DNA of 64,000 nucleotides from Felis catus (Eukaryota). Location of the stretch: NCBI RefSeq assembly GCF_018350175.1, contig NC_058368.1, positions 132,992,001-133,056,000 on the forward strand. The letters are read 5' to 3'. The notes under the pieces were generated by a model. That model saw only the letters and a list, made by a program, of their open reading frames with translations. It searched no databases and was not told where the DNA came from. Shown piece after piece: positions 13,201 through 24,300 of the stretch (positions are counted from its first letter, which is position 1; every line of letters starts with the position of its first letter). A program made the position numbers and the translations under genes.

Positions 13201-15314
13201 AGCCACCCATTTCTTGAATGTGGCTAGTCACTGTGGCAGAGGAAAAGAGCCAAGCGGTGGCCCTTAAAGCTCCTGAATGTCAATTCTGCTTCTATTTAAT
13301 TGGCCAAAACAAGTTGCATAGCCACACTTAACTTCAGGGAACAAAGACATGGATTTTTACCATGTAGTCAGAAGAGATTTGGAAATGTTTAGGGAACTGT
13401 ACTAATGACGGTTACATTTAGTGACTCCAGATTCATAACATGGGTAATACAGTGATGTTTTTAACTGAGAGATGAAGTATAGGACAGGGACCAGGATTGG
13501 TGAGAAAGAGGGATGATGAATTTATTTTAGACCCAATAAGTTTTGGGGGATGGGCCCTGTGACCATCACAGCAAGCACTTAGATCTGGGAGTCTAAAGCT
13601 CGAGAAAGGCTTCAATTGGAGATTGGGTAATGTAAAGGTGAGTTAAGTCTAGAGGTGAATGTTTTTACCTCAGTGACAAATTCATAAAGTGCTGGTCTTA
13701 GTTGTTTGGGGGTTGGGGTGGTCATTGTTGGAGAGTGCCTGTGGAAGCCTGAACTGGATAGGCTTAGGTAGGAGTGAATTGGGTTGGGTTGGGTGAGAAA
13801 GAGGTAGTTTGATTTTGTTAACTTGTATTACCCTGTTTATGTTAATAGTATAAATAGTTTCAAGTTCTAAATGCAAATGTGTTCTGTTATCACAGTATTT
13901 TATTAATAGCATTAATATGTATGTTTAACCATTGTCAAAATGGATATGTTGCTTTATGTAAAAGATTTTTTAATTTTGAAAACGGCTTCTGTTTGTGGAA
14001 TTGCTAATTAAATAGTACATTAAGATGCTTTAAAATTCTATATTAGTTGAATGAATAAGATTGCATGAGATTTGGATTTAGATGATTAGACTTAGACTGA
14101 AGTCCCAGTTTTGCCATTTACTCAGGTTAGGATTATGGTCAACTTCCGTGATCTCTTTTGTAAAGTAAATGCCTTACTGCACAACGCAAATATGATATTT
14201 TTCAAATGGTCTATTTGTTTATTTTTTAATGTTTATTTATTTTTGAGAGAGAGAGACACAGACAATGCAAATGCAGGAGGGACAGAGAGAGGGAGACAGA
14301 GTCTGAAGGAGGCCCCAGGCTCTGAGCTGTCACCACAGAGCCTGATGCGGGGCTCAAACCCACGAGATGTGAGATCATGACCTGGGCTGAAGTCAGATGC
14401 TTAACCGACTGAGCCACCCAGGAGCCCCTGGTCTCTCCTGTTTTAGTGTGAAATACCTTAATGCTTTAAAGGACTGTGTATATTATCTATTAGGTATATA
14501 TTTAGCTTCGGTGGCTTTTGTCCTTGCTAAAGACAGTTTTAGACTTTAATTGAACATAATCGTGGACAGATTGACAAAATGATCATCACTGAGATATTTT
14601 GGAATCTAAAAAGATGGATTCATATTCTGGAAAAACTGCTTTCATCTGGGCTGTGTCTGGCTTGCCAGACTGAACTGAATCTGATAGGATTTAGAAGGGT
14701 CTGTGCTTTTCTGGGTATAAAATATGTAAAATTTTGTTTGTAAAATCTTTTGTCTGGAAAATCGCAATGCTGCCTAGGGTAAAGCAGTGTAGTATATGCA
14801 AAACACCTTAATTTTCATACCATGATGTCTGTCTGTAAGATTCTGGTGAAGTTTTTAGTTAAAAGGGTTGGAAATGGTTACAAAATTTGAAGTCTTGAGG
14901 ATTGGGGCTTCTATAAAGTGTGCCTATTGATGATGTACTGGTTGAACATTTTTGGGTTAAATCAACTGTTTTCATGTTTCACTCTGATTAAGTACTCATT
15001 AATTTACATGTCAAGTTTTTACCGATGAGGTGATAGGCCTTCCTAAATTGCTGTCAGCCTTTGCAGGCAAATTACCATTAAAAGACTAAATTTTGCCTGG
15101 TGCAGCCACTCCAGACAGCAGTATGGAGGTTCCTCAAAAAGTTAAAAATAGAACTACCCTACCATCCAGCAGTTGCACTACTAGGTATTTACCCAAAGAA
15201 TACAAAAATACTGATTCAGAGGGGGTACATGCACCTCGATGTTTATAGCCAAATTATGGAAATAGCACAAATGTCCCATTGACTGGTGAATGGACAAAGA
15301 AGACACGCGTGCGT

Positions 15315-15347
<33 letters not shown>

Positions 15348-18300
15348 GGAATATTACTCGGCATAAGAAAGAATGAAATCTTGCCATTTGCAGTGAAATG
15401 GATGGAGCTGAAGAGTCTTATGCTGGGCGTATTAAGTCAGAGAAAGACAAATACTTTGTGATTTCACTCATATGTGGAATTTAAGAAACAGAACAAATGA
15501 GCAAAGGGAAAAAGAGACAAACCAGGAAACAGACTCTTAACTACAGAGAACAAACTAATGGTTACCAGAGGAGCTGTGGGTGAGGGGATGGGTTAAATAG
15601 GTGATGGAGATTAAGGAGTGCACTTGCTGTGATGAGCACTACCAGGTGATGTATGGAAGTGTTGAATCACTATATTGTAAACTTGAAACTAATACTACAC
15701 TGTGTGTTTACTGGAATTTGAATAAAAACTTTAAAAAGGCTAAGTTTTCATGTCTTAATGAAGACATTAATGAAAGACATTTTCATGTCTTAATGATTCT
15801 TAGCAGTCAAAATTCTTGTCTTGATTATGTAAGACTGTGTAAAGATCTGAGAAAGAAATTTCAAATGAAAATGACAAAATCAGCCAAATGTTTATTAGTC
15901 CAATTGTTTTTCTTTTTATTTTGCAGCAACACACCTCTTGCTTTTTCTTCCAAAGTATGTTATGTTAAGTTTCGTGACCCATCAAGTGTTGGCGTGGCCC
16001 AGCATCTAACTAACACGGTTTTTATTGACAGAGCTCTGATAGTTGTACCTTGTGCAGAAGGTTGGTATCTTATGTGGTTTTTTTCTATTATTGTAATCTC
16101 TGTCCTGTGTGTTACTACCTTTGGCTTTCCTAGAAATTGGTAGGTAGATAGTACTCTTGTTGTGTGTGTGTGCATGTGTGTATGAATGAAATTTGGAGAA
16201 GGAAATAATTTTTACCTAATAATAAAATATATTAAAATGGTTGACTTATTAATTCTATATGCATGAGATTTAATAGCCAAACATTTAAAAATTTCATGAA
16301 TTACTTGGCTTCTCTGGTTTGCTTTTGTTTTTTGTAGTTAATTTGCAAGTTGTAAACGAAGCTTTCTGAAATTAAAATATTAGGGTGGTAGGGGAAATTA
16401 TTTTTAATATGTAAATAAGTGAGCATTTGCCCCTATATATACAATATTAATTGTATTACATAAATAAAAGCTATGCATTTTGCCAAATTGGGGATAAATG
16501 GTATTTGTAAGAAAAATATTCATAATTTAATCTCTGACGTATCCTCGTAAGGTAATTCACCTTGTTGCTGGGACCATTATTTTATATTCAGTGTGACTGC
16601 TGTGCAACTGAAATTTATGTTTTTATTTTAATGGCTTGTTTTTCTTGGAGGGTAGGTTGGGTAATTGAAGAAAAATAATGGAAAGTAATTTTCCAAGGCC
16701 TCCATCAAGGAAATAGATGTTGAAGATGGGAACAAGGCCAAAGCCTTACAGAGCTAATTATTACTAATACTTATTTTTTAGTAACTTCTATTTACAGAGT
16801 CATTCCCATATAATAGGCTGTGCTGAATTTGACAGTTCTAGTGTGTGATTAACTTTTATTCAGAGTACAGATTATGGCATGTGTACATGGATTTTAGAAT
16901 AGGTTATTATAATTTAAATGTCTTTAAAACTTGTTTTCACTAGCGGATGGTAAATGTTTTATAACATAAAAAATTTACCTGGAACAATTTAATGAATTTT
17001 CATATGTCATGTTTTAAAAACCTCTTTTAGAAACCAGGTTAATATTAAAATAACCTAGTATATGGTAAACATTGCTGTGCTTCGAAAGTTTTATACTTAT
17101 TTCAGAATGCCTATTCTGGGATGTCAGAAACATTATAGTTAGATACAGTGAGCTCCATTCTGTTGGTTTTGAAGTCCCAGAATAGCACATTCTGTATTTT
17201 TTTCAGATAAATTTGAAAGTCTTTTCCCATGCCTGGGGGTTAGAATGGAGTAGGGGGAATAAAATGGGTTAAAGGTAATTATTTGTTGAATCCCCATCCT
17301 TACCTGTTGATCTGTAAGTGGACCGTGAGCCCACAGTTGGAGAGCAAGGTGAGAAAGCTGGTAATGGTTTAGTTGTGCATATCAAGTTCCTATCAGTTTC
17401 ATCATGCCAGGTAAACTGCACGGGAAAAAAGAAATTAGTATGTTAATTGGGAGTATTAATCATATCTGAAAATTATGCCATCACCAGCACAGGACCTTGT
17501 ATTATGTTAGCTCATTACTGAATTGGAAGGAAGAATACTTACCAGTGTTGCTTCGTTGGAACCTTGCTATATTCCATTGATTTTTTTCATCTGTTTGAGA
17601 AGCCCAGACCGTTATTTGTCATAAGTTTTCAAGGTTATGGGTGTGTAAGAGGTTCCCTTTTTTTGTTTGTTTTGCTTAATAAAGATTAATAAATACAAAT
17701 TTATTATAATAGCCCTTGAGTATTACTAGTGTTGCCATTTTGAGACCATTTTACTGGTTTTGAACATGAAAGTTTAGTTGTATTTTAGAGCACTGACTGA
17801 TAAAATAATTGGTATTAGAGAAGCATTCAGATACACATTTTTCACTAGTTTAACTAAATACCACAGAATGACCTTATAGAAACTGAACTATGTTACAGTG
17901 AGCTGTCAAAGATCTGATTATGTGCTGCAAGCAAAGTTATGATGTATTATACTAAAAGAGTAGCAAAGTGAGTTTGAAGTAAACCAAAGTGAAGAGTTCC
18001 CGTGGAGTAAGTTCTCTTAGAGGAGATGGGTGCTGTAAACATTCTTGTGTTCACTTTACTGACTGCATTCTTTCTTTGATGTTACAGAAACAGCATTACG
18101 AAAGAAATGAGAAAACCATAGAAACAGTTTTAAGAAAATTTTTTCAGTTTCTTTCAGTTTGCTGTTTTTGTAATGCAGACAGTTTTGTAACAAGCTCCTA
18201 AAGCTGTATAAGTAATGTTTGGTGTGTAAGTTTCATACAGAGTAAGCATTAACTATTGTTAATGAAACATGCCATTTCAAAATAAAATATACTTTCATTA

Positions 18301-21300
18301 TACTTGTCCAAATATGACCTTTTTGTTGTTGCGTGCATCTCAGATTTCTTTTTTATAAATGTTAACACTTAGAAAAAGATAAGGTCAAACATAACAAGGG
18401 TGTCAAGCCTAATCATCAGTCGTAACTTTATGTCCACATTTTCTGGTAGATGGATTTTGACTATTAATTTGGTTTTGTATGTTTTCTCTATGTGATATTT
18501 GTGCATTATTAGATGACTAGACTGGCCAAGGCAGACCTGTTACACTTGCCTGAGTTAGGCATTGTTTGCCATGCCACTAAACCTGCCGTCAAGTGAAACC
18601 TTCATTGGGGAAATGAGATCGGAGTCTGAACCGCAGAAGATGGACGCCCTGTCTCTGTTTTTTATTGTTTTACTTTAATTTCATTTCTTTTTCTTTATTT
18701 TGTCCCTTTTTTTTGTTTTTGTTTTTGTTTTTGTTTTTGTTTTGTTAAATCTCTTTCACTTTAACTTGTGAGCTGGTTTTCCAGTTCTTTGTAAATGGTA
18801 TTCCATTAAGGGTTCATAACATTGCTTTGCAGATTATATTGGGAGATGATTAGCAGAGCTCAAGCTTACGATAAAGTAAATTTTCATAGTAAACTAGGAT
18901 ACAGTGTTGTGAAGCTCAGTGAGTCTTAATTGGTATTATAGACTGCACAGGTACATTTTGTTCTCAAAACACTAAAACACTGGTAGAATTGTTAGGAACA
19001 TTTTGTGGTCTCATTGCAACATTTTTGCAGTTTTTCTCCCAAATCTACATCTTTCATAAAAACCAACTGATAGTTTTTAATTTTCATCCTTCCCCCTAGA
19101 ATTTTAAGCATACAAAATCCTCAAGGAAAATAAGTAAATTTCTTAGAAAATAACTTACTTCCTTGACTTATGAAGACTTTTACTTGCCTGCATGGGGAAT
19201 GGATATTTGAGAAGCTTGAAAACTTACTTTCATGTATGTTTCTCTGCTTGAATTTTTTGAAAAATTTTCAGATATTACCAGCTTCTAAATGGAATCTGAG
19301 GATTAGGATTAGTACTTAATTTTAATACCATGAGAGCTCTTTTTCCTCTCAGTTGTTTTTGAGGAGTATAGTTTGGGAAAAATGCTAAATGCTTGTTTGC
19401 TTTATACTTTGATATACTCTGATAGTATTTAGAAGGTAATTTTGATAGAATTCTGTCTTGGAAGTTAAGCAATGGGACTTTTTTCTTAAAGGATCTTTAA
19501 TGGTAATTAGAATTAAAACATGTGCCTACCTATGGTTAGACTTAATATTTATAGTAGTTTATTACTACTGTGATAGGCAGTGAGGGGCAGACAACCTATT
19601 GATAAGTGAGTCTTTGTAATATTAAGTATTCAACTTTTAGCCTGTGTTGAATACGTTGTGTAGTTTTACTACACTGTCTTGTAGACACTTATGCTTATTT
19701 AATTGACAAGTAATTCTAAATTGGGAACATTAACAGATTGAAACTGTTTGTTTTTTGGGTGCACACATTAGGGTAATGAAGCATAAGATTTACACTGTGG
19801 AACCTCAATTGATTTATCAAGATGTGTTCAGGTTTTATAAGCATTTGAAAAATAATACGTAAAACGGGTCCGGTAGTAATATAAATAGCTTAGTATATAT
19901 GTGGGTATACAGATACGTGTATTAATACCAATAACATAAAATAAATTCTTGTTATTTCATGTCTTCAGTAAGGCCTACCTACATTTTATTTATATTTATG
20001 CATGTTTAAAAAATTCTTTGTGCAGAATTTACATGAAATAAAAAGATAACTGTTTTTGAAATTAGTACATTAATGGAGACTTAGATGTTGCAAAATTTAG
20101 GGAAAAGGCGTTTGTTAAAGCTAATCAAATGTAATTTTTCTGTTATAACAAAGGTTTAACCATTATTTAAAGCAAAATTTAAAAGCTGTCTTGAATTCCA
20201 TCCATGTTTAGAGGTATATGCAGATAATATTGTTTAGAGATTTATCCTGCACATCTGGTGGTTTTAAATAGAATTTCTTCCTCTAAAATCCAGCATGGTG
20301 CTTTTGAAACGTACTCCATATGCTATTTCCAATTTAGTGTGACTTTCTACACTGTTTTAAATTATTTTTGAAGACTCCATAATGGAAGTGTATAGCCAGC
20401 TACCACATAATTTTAAGTAGTTCTTCTAAAATCGATATCTGTAGTCAACTTTTTAAGAACTATTTTAGTGGGGGCGGTAAGAGAGAGAGGACACAATGGG
20501 AAAACGTGTGAAAGTTGCAGTTCTTATCAAAATTAATTGGTTAGAATTTAATAGTTAAATACAGCAAATTGAACTTATTTTAGAGTAGATTTTTCATTAA
20601 TTGTAGGGATTTTTTTCTTAGTGTCTAAGAATATTTTAGTGTTTTTGTCGTTATTTTTATTAGGCAGTTAAGATACTTACAAGCAAGACATTTAGGCATT
20701 AACCACCCCTCTTCAGACAAGGATACATAAATTGGTTCTAAAAGTCAGGAGTTTAAGAAGTTTCCTGAGACTAGGGAACTTTTATTGTTAGGAATTCTCA
20801 AAAATTTTAAGTTTCCCAAGGCATATTCTTTGAAATTGGATTCTTTTAGGCGTCTCTGACCTAGTTGGTGAGATGTCTTCTTAACTGGATGGGTGTAGGC
20901 TTCCTTTTAAATTGAAGCTGATTGCTTGCAGTAGGCTTTTGTTTTTTTCTGTCTACTTGAAAGTGAATGGAATTTATTGGGAGGTTATTAAAATTGTTTG
21001 CATCACCAGTAGGTAGGTTTAGTAACCAGGATAGGGGCACCCATTAAGGAACAAATTTCAATTCGCACATATTTGTTTTTCCTTTTCTTTTTTTTGACTA
21101 ATTTGGTTATTTGCCATTTCTGGGGATTAAACTTTAAAAAATGTTCTTCTTTTCTGTATCTGATGTTCTGTGTGCTATTAGTGATGCAGCCAACACGAAC
21201 GGTTGTCATGTGTAACACAACTTTCGATCACCGCGAAAACACCGTCCTGGGAAAGCGTCCATGCTTGATATCGTTTGGTTCATGAACATTAAGTTTCCAG

Positions 21301-24300
21301 TACAGGTGACCCATAGCTCAAAGTGTTAAATAATTGTCTACATTATTCAATTTTTAAAATAATATTCCATTATTGAGATTGTTAGTCTTTGAAGTTTTGC
21401 TCACTTTTATTTTTCCTAGTAGAGCAGGATAAAAGGAAAGACTTAAGTTCTTATTTATTTCTTTATACAGATCTGATAGATTCATTTATTATTATTATTT
21501 TTTAAGTGCAAGGGTAATTGTAAAATCATAGTGTAAAGTTTGTGTGGTGTTTCTGCTTTCCATAATGTTTGGAACTTGCCTCTGCAGGTAAAATTCCAGA
21601 GGAATCCAAAGCTCTCTCTTTATTGGCTCCTGCTCCAACCATGACAAGTCTCATGCCTGGTGCAGGCTTGCTTCCCATTCCGACCCCAAATCCCTTGACT
21701 ACAGTAAGTATTACACACCCTTTTTTGAAATGGATTTATGTTTACTTGTGTAATTAGCTGAATAAAGAGCTTAGAAAATTATTTCTGTTTAAAATTTTTT
21801 TTTTAAATGAAAAGGATTCAGAATGTCTACTTAAACACCTCCCTCCCCCCCCCCCCCCCATCACTGACAGTTTAAACTGACTTTCGGAATTACTTCTGAA
21901 GTAATTGGCATACATTTAAATTTGAGAACTAAATAGATTATTCATTAGAAAATCAGTTATTGACACTTAGCATTTTAGATCACATGGGGAATTGGAAAAT
22001 CTTGGTAACTGTATTCCCCATTTCATGAAGACTAAATCTATTAAAGTAAAATAAAATGACCCATAGCTTTGTAACAGGAAAAAAACCTCTGAGAAATATT
22101 TGTCTGATATTGAGAATATGTAACAAGATAAAAACATGGCAGAAATATTTTTTTCATTAACTGTGTACAATTAAATAGGAATTTATTACTGTTTTTGTAA
22201 TTTCTAGGAGGGGTTAAAAAAGATTTTGCTGCTACTGGGCTCTTGGTTTTTTGTTTTTGTTTTTGTTTTTAGAGCAAGAGAAAGAGAACATGTGCATGAG
22301 GGTGGGAGACAGTGCAGAGGGCGAGAGAGAGAAAATCTCCAGAAGGCTCCATGCTCAGCACAGGGCTTGATTCCACTACCCTGGGATCGTGACCTAAGCC
22401 TAAATCAAGGCTCAGTTCCTCAACCAACTGAACCACCCAGGTGCTCCTGGGCTCTTGGTTTTTATGTAAAAGATTCCAGTCATATTTAATTTAAAGAAGG
22501 GTCATTTTTCTTCAAAAATTAATGGAAGCCAAAATATAAAATTCACCTTAATTGCAAGTTGTATCTTAGCTTTGTGGTTTTAGATTATTAGGGGATGAAC
22601 TAATACTAGCTTTATGATAGTAATTTTTTTTAAATACTTCTTTTCTTTCTTATTTTTAAAAATTTTGAGTAATCACTTCACCCAGCGTGGGGCTTGAACT
22701 CACAACCCAGAGATCAAGAGTTGCATGCTCCACCAACTGAACTACAAACCGACCCCCCCCCCCCGCCCCCTCTTTTTAAAGTAAGCTTTGCCCCTGTTGT
22801 GCTTGAACTCATGACGTGGAGATCAAGGGTAGCAGGCTCTACTGACTGTATCAGCTAGGTGTCCTGGGATGGTAGTTTGTTTAATCAGGTTATAAAAGTG
22901 GTCTTTGAAACTTTGAAATGCACAATTTTAGTTCTTGTTTGCATAAGATTGTTCTGCTGGAGACCTGCATTGTGATCCGTGGTGGGAAAATGCTTTTTTT
23001 AAAAAAAATGTTTGTTTATTTTTGAGAGAGAGAGAGACAGAGCATGAGCAGGGGAGGGGCATAGAGAGAGGGAGACACAGAATCCGAAGCAGGCTCCAGG
23101 CTCTGAGCTGTCAGCACAGAGCCCGACGCGGGGCTCAAACCCACACACTATGAGATCATGATCTGAGCCAGTCAGATGCTTAACTGTCTGAGCCACCCAG
23201 GCGCCCGGGAAAATGCTTTTTTTTTTTTTTTTTTTTTAATTTTTTTTTAAACATTTATTCATTTTTGAGAGACAGAGAGAAACAGAGCATGAGTGGGGAA
23301 GGGGCAGAGAGAGAAGGAGACAGAATCCGAAGCAAGCTCCAGGTTCTGAGCTGTCAGCACAGAGCCCGATGCGGGGCTCTAACTCACGAACTGCGAGATC
23401 ATGACCTGAGCTGAAGTCAGACGCTCAACCAACTGAGCCACCCAGGCGCCCCCTGGGAAAATGCTTTTTAATAGAACATCTGATCATTTGAGTTGGGCTT
23501 TTTAGAAATTTTCTAGAAAATTTTAATTTGGTTATTTTGTGGTATATTTTACCATATCAATTTCTGGATCATTACCTTTTTCTTAGACAATATTGTCTTC
23601 TTATCTTGAAAATTCTTAGGGTTTATTTAGCAATAGCGTAAAGTTTTTATTTAATTTGTTGCCTTGAGAGGAAATGGTTTTCTCTTATTTCAGCTGTAGA
23701 TATCTATTATGTTGAAATTTAATTTATGAAGAACATATTGAGTTAGAAAACAAGGAAGTGGCCCATTATGACTTGGTGCTTGCTTACCTCGCTGACTTTT
23801 TTTTCTACCTGTTTTCCTGGCTTACTTTATATTGGCCATATTGGTTTTGTTGTTTCTTGGATGTTACAAGCATATTTTTGCCTTAGGACTTTTGTACTTT
23901 TGTATTCATCTCTGCCTAGAGTATTTTGTCTTCAGGGAGACCATAGTTTCTATGTCAGAAAGCAAAAGTGTTACATCAGGAACCTAGATCATCTTTACCC
24001 CATCAAAGACCAAAAGGGTAAATACTTCGGTTTCTTAGACCAGAGCTGGAAAGTAGACTAATAAAAAGAAGGGTAATTTTATTATTACAGAGCATCCACA
24101 TTCAACAGAACTTTCTGCTGTGCTGGAAATGCCTGTGTCTGTACTATTGAGTGTGGTAGCCACTAGTAATATGGGGCTGTTGAGCACTTGAATCGTGGCT
24201 CTTGTGACTGAGGCTCTGAATTTTAATTAAAATTCACACAGCTGTGTCTGATTAGTGACAACCCTATTAAATAACATAGGTATATGCAGAATGGTATAGT

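Noticed and set aside
15601..16143. Longest ORF in the track (180 aa)
   Set aside because: Chance fusion of L1 3' UTR, intron sequence, SREK1 exon 2 and intron 2 read-through; only 15927-16060 is coding
18505..21310. Intronic snoRNA interpretation of the two exon-like blocks in intron 2
   Set aside because: No canonical RUGAUGA C box paired with a terminal CUGA and stem, and no clear H/ACA layout seen; an Rfam scan would settle it
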